Source: Bacteroidales bacterium
GTDB taxonomy: Bacteria; Bacteroidota; Bacteroidia; Bacteroidales; UBA3824
Assembly: GCA_024413595.1 (NCBI GenBank)
Contig: JAKSUC010000004.1
Coordinates: 10,555-74,554, forward strand
DNA: 64,000 bases
Direction of reading: 5' to 3'
Shown here piece by piece: positions 1-8,756 of this stretch; within the stretch, counting starts at the first letter, position 1; the number at the start of each line of letters is the position of its first letter. Below the pieces are notes generated by a model. The model was given only the letters and a program-made list of their open reading frames with translations. It was not told the DNA's origin and did no database searches. The translations under genes were made by a program, and so were the position numbers.

Positions 1-723
1 CACGCTCTTACTCAATTGAATATGGATTCTGTAATTTTGAAAGGTAATAATTATACTCCTATTATAACATTTTGTGATGCATTACTTATGAGTGATTTTG
101 TATATTTAGGAAATGATACTATAGTAAGTGCTAATGGAATGTTTATTAAGGGGTTTGACGTAGATGAAGTAAATGAGTTTGAATTATATGATGCCAAAAC
201 TGGTAAAGCTTTAAAAGAATATCCTCTTAATGAAAAAAATTTTCCACCACCAACAGTACTAAGAACAATGACATTTAGTAATTCTAAATTTATAGTTTTT
301 TGGGAAAAATTTCCTATTATAAGTATTTATGATAAAAATTTTAATATTATATCTCAATTTCGAGATGCTATATTTGATGATAATGTAATGTCATTTGTTG
401 ATGACAATAATACTATTGCTAGTAAAGAATATTTTTCATTTTATTTTAATTTTAGTTGTAAAACTGAAAACAATATTATAGTACATAATTTTAGATATAA
501 CATTAAATATAAAGATCTTAAATCTCCAGAAGAAATTGATGCAAATGCTACTTATGAAACTTGGATTTTTGATGCAGATATGAACTTAAAACGTAGATTA
601 AAGCCAGAAGTAAAGTTAGAGAATGTTAGAAAAGTTTCATATTCTGAAAAATCTAATACTTTCTATTTAAATTGTAATGACGAAGACGGAGAATTAGCTT
701 TATATAAATGTATCTTAAAATAA
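1..723 (+). CDS. Lipoprotein paralog, C-terminal part (5' end lies outside the window); tentatively BF3164/TolB-like 6-bladed beta-propeller family
   Basis: Frame +1 is open from nt 1 (HALTQLNMDSVILKGNNY...). It aligns by eye, with roughly two thirds identical residues, to residues ~125-365 of ORF 1742..2839 and has the same C-terminus ALYKCILK*. Stop TAA 721-723 overlaps the next ATG (TAATG). Confidence 0.7.
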   Translation, partial: HALTQLNMDSVILKGNNYTPIITFCDALLMSDFVYLGNDTIVSANGMFIKGFDVDEVNEFELYDAKTGKALKEYPLNEKNFPPPTVLRTMTFSNSKFIVFWEKFPIISIYDKNFNIISQFRDAIFDDNVMSFVDDNNTIASKEYFSFYFNFSCKTENNIIVHNFRYNIKYKDLKSPEEIDANATYETWIFDADMNLKRRLKPEVKLENVRKVSYSEKSNTFYLNCNDEDGELALYKCILK

Positions 724-1277
724 TGAAACGAATATTAGTTATATTATTGATTTGTAGTGGTTTATTTTCGTGTAATTCAGGAAATATAACATTATCGTCT
801 TTGTTTAATTCTATAAAAGTGAATGAATCAATGTATAAGATTGATAATGATTTAGATACATCGTTGAATTTGAGTGAATCTAGAAATTTGATATTTTTTT
901 TAGATACTCAATGTTCAGTTTGTATTTCTGAGTTTATTAAATTTATGAAAAAAAATGAGGATTTTAAATATGATTCATTATTAATTGTGGCTCAAGAAGC
1001 ATACGATTTTATTCAGCCACAATTTTTTTTGGAGAAATCAAATCTTTCGCTACCCAAAAACTCTCGAATCATATTTGATCCAAAAAACAAAATATATTCA
1101 ATTATGTTAAACTCTTATGGCAATCAAAATCTTTTACTTGCTGAAAATAAAAAGATTCTTGCTAAAGTTAATACGCAATATTTAATTTATAATAAGGATA
1201 ATGGATATACATTAGACCCAAACCAATTTATAAAAAATGAAAAAAATACCATAGCCCAACGCACTGAGCCACAGTAA
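723..1277 (+). CDS. Thioredoxin-fold-like CxxC lipoprotein, copy 1
   Basis: Start moved from track ATG 708 to ATG 723 (TAATG overlap). MKRILVILLICSGLFSC is a signal peptide plus lipobox Cys. FFLDTQCSVCISEF resembles a thioredoxin/TlpA-type CxxC site. Near-identical paralog at 2839..3357. Confidence 0.65.
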   Translation: MKRILVILLICSGLFSCNSGNITLSSLFNSIKVNESMYKIDNDLDTSLNLSESRNLIFFLDTQCSVCISEFIKFMKKNEDFKYDSLLIVAQEAYDFIQPQFFLEKSNLSLPKNSRIIFDPKNKIYSIMLNSYGNQNLLLAENKKILAKVNTQYLIYNKDNGYTLDPNQFIKNEKNTIAQRTEPQ

Positions 1278-1318
1278 TAAATAAAAAAAATAATTAATTT
1301 TTAGAAAAAAGTGCTCTA

Positions 1319-1334
1319 TTTTTTTTTTTTTTTT
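1319..1334 (+). repeat. Homopolymeric T16 tract
   Basis: 16 consecutive T counted directly (1319-1334), intergenic, 10 nt upstream of a TAnnTTTG box. Confidence 0.95.
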
Positions 1335-1344
1335 AAAACTATTT

Positions 1345-1352
1345 TACATTTG
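1345..1352 (+). promoter_or_regulatory. Candidate Bacteroidota-type -7 promoter element (TACATTTG, fits TAnnTTTG)
   Basis: Exact match to the TAnnTTTG consensus about 110 nt upstream of ATG 1464. The -33 position falls inside the T16 tract. Confidence 0.3.
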
Positions 1353-1463
1353 CGCCATGAAAAACGAACTGATTTTTGTTTAATATTTTATGCGCGCGTA
1401 ACAATAAATTGGATGAGTTTTTTTTTATTAATTAAAACATTTACTAATTTAAATTTAAAAAAG

Positions 1464-1685
1464 ATGAAAAAATTTTTAATTTGTGCCGCAATTGCTGTGG
1501 CTGGTGTAGCAGCTTGGGCTGCAAGTGATAATAATGCTTTTAAAGCTGATGATGCTGATGCTCAGGGTTATATTATAGAGGCATACGGACAATTTTTGGG
1601 ACTTTGTTTCTCTTATCCTAGAACCTGTTCTCTTTCGAGTGGCTATATAACTTATGTATTTCCTGATAGAGCTAATGTAAATTAA
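1464..1685 (+). CDS. Small secreted protein (73 aa) with signal peptide and a C-x6-C pair; unknown function
   Basis: Track ORF 1311..1685 trimmed to ATG 1464. MKKFLICAAIAVAGVAAWA|AS is a typical Sec signal. The mature ~50 aa contains CFSYPRTC. The ORF is locally more GC-rich than its flanks and is followed by a perfect 10-bp hairpin terminator. Confidence 0.6.
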   Translation: MKKFLICAAIAVAGVAAWAASDNNAFKADDADAQGYIIEAYGQFLGLCFSYPRTCSLSSGYITYVFPDRANVN

Positions 1686-1700
1686 TTTATTATAATTATT

Positions 1701-1733
1701 ATACCAAGACTTTTTGTCTTGGTATTCATATTT
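1701..1733 (+). terminator. Rho-independent terminator-like hairpin
   Basis: ATACCAAGAC-TTTTT-GTCTTGGTAT perfect 10-bp stem (1701-1725), followed by a T-containing tail. Confidence 0.6.
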
Positions 1734-1741
1734 AAAGATAA

Positions 1742-2839
1742 ATGAAAGTAATATTTTTTGTATTAATCCTTTTGTTTTTTGCCTCATGTAGTCAAAAACA
1801 AACATATTATCCAGTACCTGACGAAGTAACAATGTTGATAGAAGACAATATGCCTGAAGTAGAAACATTCACTTTAGAAAAGATTTCTTTGCCAACAAAA
1901 TACCAAAATAGCAAATATTTTGTATACGATGATTCTTTAGTAGTAATTTTAAACAATTCAAATCCTAATCCATACTTGGTAAGTGTATACAATTTAAACA
2001 CAAAACAAGAAATAGCAGGATATTTTAAAAAAGGAAATGGTCCTAATGAATTTATGAATTTGTATGGTTATTCTCATAATAAAAATTTATTGTTACAAGA
2101 TGGTAATTTACATGCTTTAACTCAATTAAATATAGATTCTATCATATTAAAAGGAAATAATTATATTCCAAAAATAACTTATCATGATGCTCAAGTTATG
2201 ACAGATTTTGTATTTTTGGGTAATGATACAATAGTAAGTGCAAATGGAATGTTTATTAAAGGTTTTGGCGTAGATAATGTTAGTGAATTTGAATTATATG
2301 ATGCTAATACTGGTAAAGCTTTGCAAAAATATCCTCAAAATGAAAAAAATTTTCCTCCTAATGCAGTATATAGAACAATAACATATAGTAATTCAAAGTT
2401 TGTTGTATTTTGGTCATTATTTCCCGTTATAAGCATTTATGACAAAAATTTTAATATTATTAAACAATATAGAGATGCTAAATTTAAGGATTGTCTTTTG
2501 ACAATACAAGAAGAAGAATTTAATAATATAAAATCAGTAGATGATTTTCTTTTATATTTTACCTTTGGTTGTGAAACTGATAATTTTATAGTTGCATCTA
2601 ATTATAGATATAATATTAAAAGAGAAATGATAAATCCACAATCAAATATTGATTTTTCGAAAGATTATGAAATGTGGATATTTGATACAGATATGAATTT
2701 TAAACGAAGACTTAAGCCAAAAAACTCCGTTAACGAAAATATTTGGTTAGTTTCATATTGTGAAAATTCAAATAATTTTTATTTAACTTGCACTGACGAA
2801 GATGAAGAATTTGCTTTATATAAATGTATATTGAAATAA
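1742..2839 (+). CDS. Lipoprotein, tentatively BF3164/TolB-like 6-bladed beta-propeller family
   Basis: MKVIFFVLILLFFASCSQ is a signal peptide plus lipobox. KKGNGPNEF resembles the G-x-G-P-G-E-F motif I recall from NHL/6-bladed propeller lipoproteins of Bacteroides. Full-length paralog of the partial ORF 1..723. Confidence 0.6.
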   Translation: MKVIFFVLILLFFASCSQKQTYYPVPDEVTMLIEDNMPEVETFTLEKISLPTKYQNSKYFVYDDSLVVILNNSNPNPYLVSVYNLNTKQEIAGYFKKGNGPNEFMNLYGYSHNKNLLLQDGNLHALTQLNIDSIILKGNNYIPKITYHDAQVMTDFVFLGNDTIVSANGMFIKGFGVDNVSEFELYDANTGKALQKYPQNEKNFPPNAVYRTITYSNSKFVVFWSLFPVISIYDKNFNIIKQYRDAKFKDCLLTIQEEEFNNIKSVDDFLLYFTFGCETDNFIVASNYRYNIKREMINPQSNIDFSKDYEMWIFDTDMNFKRRLKPKNSVNENIWLVSYCENSNNFYLTCTDEDEEFALYKCILK

Positions 2840-3357
2840 TGAAAAGATTAATTGCTATAATTTTTATTTGTATTGGGTTAATTTCGTGCAATTCAGATAA
2901 AATTACATTATCGTCTTTGTTTAATTCTATAAAAGTGAATGAATCAATGATTAAGATTGATAATGATTTAGATACTTCTTTGAATTTGAGTGAATCTAGA
3001 AATTTGATATTTTTTTTGGATACTCAATGTTCAGTTTGTATTTCTGAGTTTATTAAATTTATGAAAAAAAATGAGGATTTTAAATATGATTCATTATTAA
3101 TTGTGGCTCAAGAAGCATACGATTTTATTCAGCCACAATTTTTTTTGGAGAAATCAAATCTTTCGCTACCCAAAAACTCTCGAATCATATTTGATCCAAA
3201 AAACAAAATATATTCAATTATGTTAAACTCTTATGGCAATCAAAATCTTTTACTTGCTGAAAATAAAAAGATTCTTGCTAAAGTTAATACACAATATTTA
3301 ATTTATACCTCTGATAACGGATATACACTAGACAAAAACCAAATTATAAAAAAATGA
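2839..3357 (+). CDS. Thioredoxin-fold-like CxxC lipoprotein, copy 2
   Basis: ATG 2839 overlaps stop TAA 2837-2839 (TAATG). MKRLIAIIFICIGLISC is a lipobox signal. Same CSVC motif. nt 3019-3290 are identical to 903-1174. Confidence 0.65.
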   Translation: MKRLIAIIFICIGLISCNSDKITLSSLFNSIKVNESMIKIDNDLDTSLNLSESRNLIFFLDTQCSVCISEFIKFMKKNEDFKYDSLLIVAQEAYDFIQPQFFLEKSNLSLPKNSRIIFDPKNKIYSIMLNSYGNQNLLLAENKKILAKVNTQYLIYTSDNGYTLDKNQIIKK

Positions 3358-5225
3358 AATTTAATAAGTTCTTTATAATATGTAGTTTTTTTGTAACTGC
3401 GTGCAATTTTGGATCAATTGACACAGAAGAACTTTATAGCAATCTCAGCGACAAGCAAAAACTTGCTGCTGAGTTTTTGTTATCAGAAGTTGATAATCGT
3501 TATACGCTTACTAATCAAGATTTAACAGATTTTTATCCTTTTATTGATTCGTTATCGCTTACTGATGTTAAATTTCATGAACAAAAACAACTTCTTGAAG
3601 ATTTTTTTGCTAATCATTCGTCTGCCAAATCTTATTATGTATATGATAAAAGTCAATTAACTACTCAATATTTAAAACAAAATATTCTTGATGCTTTTAA
3701 ATATTATCAGCAATCATGGAATAGTTATCTACCTGATACTGCTTTTTTTCAATATGTTTTGCCATATCGAGTAGGAGATGAACCATTAGAAGATTGGCGT
3801 AATTTTTTTATTCAAAAATATGGTTATATTCTTGATAGCTTGATTAATACAAATCAACCAATATCAACAGAACTTCTTGCAACCGAAATTCTAAAGGTTT
3901 TAAAACTTCGTGAAATAAAAACTTTGCAAACAAATGTATATAGCAAGACTCTTCGACCATCAACGTTAGATAAAATAAAAGTTGGTCAATGTACAGATTA
4001 TTGTGATTATGTAAATTTTGTGATGCGCACTTTTGGCATTCCATGTGCTAAAGATGGTATTTTTGATTGGCATTGTTGGAATGCAATTCTTGCAAAAGAT
4101 TCTACAATAGATGTTTATGTAGAATGTACACCAGAAGATCAACATTTAAAAAATTGGCTATTTTATACAGGTTGGAAAAATCTACCCAAAATTTGGCGTG
4201 AAACTTTTACAAAAAATCCAAATTCTTTAGCAGAAATTCATGGCGAAGAACCTATCCCTCAATATTTTAAAAATCCTTATATGGTGGATGTTTCAAATGA
4301 ATATTTTGAAGGTCAATCGGCAGATTTTCAAGTAGATAATAATCCTTATAATTCAAATTTTGCATATCTAAAAGTTTGGAACAATAAATTTGTTTATGTT
4401 GATTGGGCAAAAATAGAAAAAGATAATGCTAAATTTAATAATATTAGTGATTCAGTGGTTTATTTTCCTTCATATTATAATAGTCAAAAAGAACAAAAAC
4501 CATTGTCTTATCCATTTGTTATAACAGAAAAAGGTCGTCGAGATTTTGTTGCTGACACAATCAACACACAAAAAATGGTTTTGTATCGCAAATATTTAAT
4601 CAAACGTACACATAATTTATACTTAAAGCGTATGTTAGATGGATATTTTATAGGAGCAAACAAACCTGATTTTAGTGATTCGGTTCGAATTTATACTATT
4701 TCGGAAATGCCATTAATGAAGTGGAACGAAGTTGAAATTTCTCTAAATAAATCTTTCAAATATATTAAATATGTTGCGCCTATTTGGTCGTGGTTAAATG
4801 TTGCTGAATTAGAGTTTTATAATCCAGAAGGCAAAAAACTTAAAGGTAAAATTCTTGGTTGTAATAATTTTAGTGAAGCTCATTATTCGTCAAAAAATGC
4901 TTTTGATGGCGATGTTTTAACCTACGTTGATGCCATAGAACCACATTATGAATGGCTTGGACTTGAATTTGATGAACCTCAACAGATTTCAAAAATTCGT
5001 TATATTCCGAGAAATGATGACAATTTTGTACAAAAAAATCAATTATATGAACTTCAATATGCTGATTTAAAAGGTTGGCATTCAATGGGTATTCAAAATG
5101 CCTATGCCGATTCGGTTACTTTTTATAATGTGCCTTCAAATGCAATTTATTTACTAAAAGATTTGACCAAAGGACACGAAGAGCGTATATTTGAATATGT
5201 TGATGGCAAACAAGTTTTTTGGTAA
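3354..5225 (+). CDS. Transglutaminase-like lipoprotein with C-terminal F5/8 type C (discoidin) domain
   Basis: Lipobox FFVTAC. GQCTDYCDYVNFVMRTFGIPCAKDG...WHCWNAIL matches the transglutaminase-like Cys/His core. The C-terminus (AFDGDVLTYVDA...WLGLEFDEPQQISKIRYIPRND) is discoidin-like. ATGA overlap with the upstream gene. Confidence 0.75.
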   Translation: MKFNKFFIICSFFVTACNFGSIDTEELYSNLSDKQKLAAEFLLSEVDNRYTLTNQDLTDFYPFIDSLSLTDVKFHEQKQLLEDFFANHSSAKSYYVYDKSQLTTQYLKQNILDAFKYYQQSWNSYLPDTAFFQYVLPYRVGDEPLEDWRNFFIQKYGYILDSLINTNQPISTELLATEILKVLKLREIKTLQTNVYSKTLRPSTLDKIKVGQCTDYCDYVNFVMRTFGIPCAKDGIFDWHCWNAILAKDSTIDVYVECTPEDQHLKNWLFYTGWKNLPKIWRETFTKNPNSLAEIHGEEPIPQYFKNPYMVDVSNEYFEGQSADFQVDNNPYNSNFAYLKVWNNKFVYVDWAKIEKDNAKFNNISDSVVYFPSYYNSQKEQKPLSYPFVITEKGRRDFVADTINTQKMVLYRKYLIKRTHNLYLKRMLDGYFIGANKPDFSDSVRIYTISEMPLMKWNEVEISLNKSFKYIKYVAPIWSWLNVAELEFYNPEGKKLKGKILGCNNFSEAHYSSKNAFDGDVLTYVDAIEPHYEWLGLEFDEPQQISKIRYIPRNDDNFVQKNQLYELQYADLKGWHSMGIQNAYADSVTFYNVPSNAIYLLKDLTKGHEERIFEYVDGKQVFW

Positions 5226-5246
5226 AATTTTGAACTAACTACTACA

Positions 5247-6089
5247 ATGAAAAATCTTTTATACAAAATATTTTGGATAATTATAATTTTGATATTTATT
5301 TGGTTTATAATCAAAATATTTGTAGGTGTATCTTTTAATATACCATCTGAATCAATGTTACCAACATTAATGCCTGGTGATAAAGTTTTTGTTAATAAAA
5401 CTATTTATGGTCCAAGATTTTATAATGTATTCAAAAAAGAAATAACTCATCAAGATATTTACCAAATGTCTGGTTTTGGAAACGTAGAGCGAGGTGATGT
5501 CTTTGTTTTTAATGCTTTACAACGTGATTATTATTGGGGAGAACTTTCATTTTATAAAAACAAATATTTTATAAAACGATGTATGGCAATAGCTGGAGAT
5601 ACTTTACAAATAATTGATTGTCGTTATTATATAAATGGCAAAAAAATGACTGGTGTATTTGATGAAGGTCAGCGAGTATTAGCTGAAATAATCAATGATC
5701 CCATTCGTAGAGATTCTTCTTTTGTTTCTATCAATGCTTTTCCATACAATTGTGGTTGGACATTAAAAGATTTTGGACCATTATATATTCCAAAATCAGG
5801 AGATACAATAGAAATTAATCAAAATACAATGTCGCTTTATGGAGCAATAATTCGTTGGGAACTTTCGCAAGATATAGTAGAAAAAAATAATCAATATTTT
5901 GTAAATGATACATTGTTAACATATCATGTTTTTGATAATGATTGCTATTTTATGGCAGGTGATTTTGCAGCCAATAGCAACGATTCGCGATTTTGGGGAC
6001 TTGTTCCTAAAGATTTTATTGTTGGCAAAGCCACAACTATTTGGTATTCATCGGCTGAACAATCGGGTAGAGTAGGAGAAAAGCTATGA
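5247..6089 (+). CDS. lepB: Signal peptidase I (S26 family)
   Basis: N-terminal TM. SESMLPTL (catalytic Ser box), IKRCMAIAGD (Lys box), GDFAANSNDSRFWGLVP (GDN-x-S-x-DSR box). Confidence 0.9.
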   Translation: MKNLLYKIFWIIIILIFIWFIIKIFVGVSFNIPSESMLPTLMPGDKVFVNKTIYGPRFYNVFKKEITHQDIYQMSGFGNVERGDVFVFNALQRDYYWGELSFYKNKYFIKRCMAIAGDTLQIIDCRYYINGKKMTGVFDEGQRVLAEIINDPIRRDSSFVSINAFPYNCGWTLKDFGPLYIPKSGDTIEINQNTMSLYGAIIRWELSQDIVEKNNQYFVNDTLLTYHVFDNDCYFMAGDFAANSNDSRFWGLVPKDFIVGKATTIWYSSAEQSGRVGEKL

Positions 6090-7645
6090 AAATAAATATA
6101 TTATCATTAGTAAAAAAAGATTATTTTCTAATCTTTTTAGCTTTTGCATTAATCTTTTGGATTATTTGTCCTGATTATTTTTTAAGTGCTTCTGAGTATG
6201 ATACTTTTCAATATAGTCAGTTTAAATCTATATGTTTTAGAGGATTAATTGGATTTCCTCTATTAATTTTACTTAAAATTAAATGTGAGTCAAAAAATAT
6301 TTTGTTAGCAATAGTATTTGCCATTTCTCTAAGTGGAGCAATAGAATCAGTTTTATCATTAATGCAACTTTTGGGCATAATAGAATCTAAACATGCTGTT
6401 TTTAGAATAACAGGCTCTTTTTACAATCCTGGTCCATTAGGAGGATATTTGGCAATATGTGATGTTGTTGCAATAGCATATTTTATCAAAAACAAACTTT
6501 ATTTGTCAAACGCAAATAAATTTGAAAAATGTATATTTACTACATTTATTTTATTGATTTCAATAGTTTTACCAGCTACATTTAGTAGAACAGCTTGGAT
6601 TGCTTTAATTATTTCAATTGGATATTTGATTTTATCACGACAAGAAATTAGAAATTATTTTAAAAATAATTTACGTAATGTCTTGATTATTAGTGCTATT
6701 ATTTTAGGATTAATAACTTTAGTTTTTGCAAAAAAATCAGTTTCTTCATCTGGACGTTTTCTGATTTGGAAAATTTCATCAATTGCAATTGCTGAATCTC
6801 CAATTTCAGGTAATGGAAATTTTGAAGTAGCTTATCGCGATGCAAGTATAAAATATTTTTCGCAAAAAACATATTCAGATTCAGAATTTAGAGCTGTTGA
6901 TTATGTAAACAATGCTTTTAATGAATATTTGGAAATTGCAGTAAGATTTGGTGTTCCAATTAGTTTGCTTTTTATTATTTTAATAGTTGTTTGTTTTATT
7001 ATAGGACACAAACATCATCGTAATGAATTTTGCGTAGGATTATTGGCTTTGACTGTTTTTTCTTGCGCTTCTTATCCTTTACATCTTGCAAATTTTGTTA
7101 TTTTATTGATATTTTGTTTATTAGGATGTGTTTTACCTGCTGAAAACAAAATATTTTTACCAATTATTGGTTTAATTTGTTTTGTTATGTCCATATTTGG
7201 TTATAAATATTATTTACCAAAATCAGATGATATTTTATTACTAAGTCAACCAGATTTCTTTTATAGTAATAAAGACTATTCCACAGCAGCGTATTATTAT
7301 AATAAATTATATCCTCAATTGTCTTATAATGAATTGTTTATGTATAAATATGGTTATTCTTTATTTATGAATAATCAAACAGAAAAAGCAATAACAATAT
7401 TTAACGAAATTTATAATAAAAATGGTAATCCAAATATATGTAAAATATTAGGAAAATTATACCTTTGTAAAAGTGATTTTGTAAATGCAGAAAAGTATTT
7501 AACCCAAACAATAAATATTTTACCTAATCGCATTGAATCTTATAATTTATTGATTGATATGTATTCACGCGATGATTATAAAAATGAAATTTTAGAAAAA
7601 CAACTTAAAACATTTATTGCAACTCATAAATTTAAAGATAATTAG
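6086..7645 (+). CDS. O-antigen ligase-like (Wzy_C family) polytopic membrane protein with C-terminal TPR region
   Basis: About 10 TM segments. FSRTAWIALIIS and NAFNEYLEIAVRFG resemble Wzy_C loop motifs. The C-terminal ~130 aa has TPR-like repeats. ATGA overlap with lepB. Confidence 0.6.
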   Translation: MKINILSLVKKDYFLIFLAFALIFWIICPDYFLSASEYDTFQYSQFKSICFRGLIGFPLLILLKIKCESKNILLAIVFAISLSGAIESVLSLMQLLGIIESKHAVFRITGSFYNPGPLGGYLAICDVVAIAYFIKNKLYLSNANKFEKCIFTTFILLISIVLPATFSRTAWIALIISIGYLILSRQEIRNYFKNNLRNVLIISAIILGLITLVFAKKSVSSSGRFLIWKISSIAIAESPISGNGNFEVAYRDASIKYFSQKTYSDSEFRAVDYVNNAFNEYLEIAVRFGVPISLLFIILIVVCFIIGHKHHRNEFCVGLLALTVFSCASYPLHLANFVILLIFCLLGCVLPAENKIFLPIIGLICFVMSIFGYKYYLPKSDDILLLSQPDFFYSNKDYSTAAYYYNKLYPQLSYNELFMYKYGYSLFMNNQTEKAITIFNEIYNKNGNPNICKILGKLYLCKSDFVNAEKYLTQTINILPNRIESYNLLIDMYSRDDYKNEILEKQLKTFIATHKFKDN

Positions 7646-7706
7646 TTTAACAATCAAATTTGTTATTTTAATATTACAAGAATAAATCGATAAAAGAGAA
7701 ATTTAA

Positions 7707-8756
7707 ATGAATTATAAATTAAAACTGCTTACTTTAATATCATTAAGTTTAGTTTCTTGTGGCAATAAAACTGAAAATCAAGAGTCTGAACTTCAAGAAA
7801 TATTTGATAAAACTTTGCCAACAGTAAAAGTAGAAGTTGCAAAAATCGACAATTTTGGAAGTGAAATATTATGTAATGGTCGCATAACAGCAGATGATTT
7901 TACCGATGTATTCTGGCAAAATCAAGGAATTATTACAGAAATAAAAACACGAAATGGTGCATACGTTAATAAAGGTGATGTATTGGCAATAACCGATAAT
8001 TTTAAAACTAAAAATAATTTTGAATCTGCAAAAATAGATTTAGAACAAGCTGAAATATCGTTTATGGATTTAATCGTTGGTCAAGGATTTACGATTGATA
8101 ATGTACCTGAAAATATAAAAGAAACAGCCGAAATAAAAAGTGGCTTAACCAAGGCAAAAATCAATTATGAATTATGTCAAAATGAATACAATAATTCTGT
8201 TTTAATTGCACCATGTTCGGGGGTGGTTGCAAATCTTGAAAATCGAGGTAAAGGATTAAATAATACAGGTAAAGCATTTTGTAGAATTATCAATACAAAA
8301 TCAATGAAAGTAGATTTTCAAGTTATGGAAAGTGAATTACATTCAATAAAGATAGGAAGTAAAGTTGAGGTTCGTCCATTTGCTTATCCTGGAGAAAAAT
8401 TTTATGGAATAATAGATGAAATAAATCCAATAGTTGAAGCTAATTCTATAATAAAAATATCTGCAAAAATAGACAATCCAAAAACATTGTATGATGGTAT
8501 GAATGTAGATGTTTCTGTTAAACAAGATGTTGGTAAATATATTTCAGTAAACAAATCAGCACTTGTAAAACGAAGCAATAAAGATGTAGTTTTTGTAGCC
8601 AAAAATAATAAAGCATGGTGGCATTATGTAACCACAGGTTATGAAAATTTTGAACGCATTGTTATTCTTGATGGAATACAAGAAGGTGATAGTGTCATAG
8701 TTAGTGATAATATAAATCTTGCCGATCGCAGTGATATCGTAGTAAAAAATGATTAA
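7707..8756 (+). CDS. Efflux RND periplasmic adaptor (membrane fusion protein) lipoprotein
   Basis: Lipobox LSLVSCG. Lipoyl-like GDVLAITD, coiled-coil hairpin and beta-barrel segments typical of the HlyD/AcrA family. Overlaps the next gene by 8 nt. Confidence 0.8.
   Translation: MNYKLKLLTLISLSLVSCGNKTENQESELQEIFDKTLPTVKVEVAKIDNFGSEILCNGRITADDFTDVFWQNQGIITEIKTRNGAYVNKGDVLAITDNFKTKNNFESAKIDLEQAEISFMDLIVGQGFTIDNVPENIKETAEIKSGLTKAKINYELCQNEYNNSVLIAPCSGVVANLENRGKGLNNTGKAFCRIINTKSMKVDFQVMESELHSIKIGSKVEVRPFAYPGEKFYGIIDEINPIVEANSIIKISAKIDNPKTLYDGMNVDVSVKQDVGKYISVNKSALVKRSNKDVVFVAKNNKAWWHYVTTGYENFERIVILDGIQEGDSVIVSDNINLADRSDIVVKND

Noticed and set aside
708-722. Upstream ATGs (708 and, for copy 2, 2824) as starts of the CxxC lipoprotein genes
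   Set aside because: They lie inside the preceding gene. The ATGs at 723 and 2839 form TAATG stop/start overlaps and give standard MKR... lipoprotein signals.
1311-1463. GTG-initiated 5' extension of the small ORF (track ORF 1311..1685, VLYFFFFFKT...)
   Set aside because: The extension translates the T16 tract into poly-Phe and has no signal-peptide logic. The internal ATG 1464 gives a canonical MKK... signal peptide, so the upstream part is treated as promoter/5' UTR.
1476-2001. Minus-strand ORFs 1476..1868 and 1807..2001
   Set aside because: They are antisense to a plausible secreted-peptide gene, a terminator and the start of the propeller-like gene. Their composition is low-complexity Ile/Ser/Tyr-rich, typical of AT-rich antisense frames.
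4682-4690. GGTTCGAAT, a tRNA T-loop-like string
   Set aside because: It lies inside the transglutaminase-like CDS, with no flanking acceptor or anticodon stem complementarity. No tRNA gene was recognised anywhere in the window.
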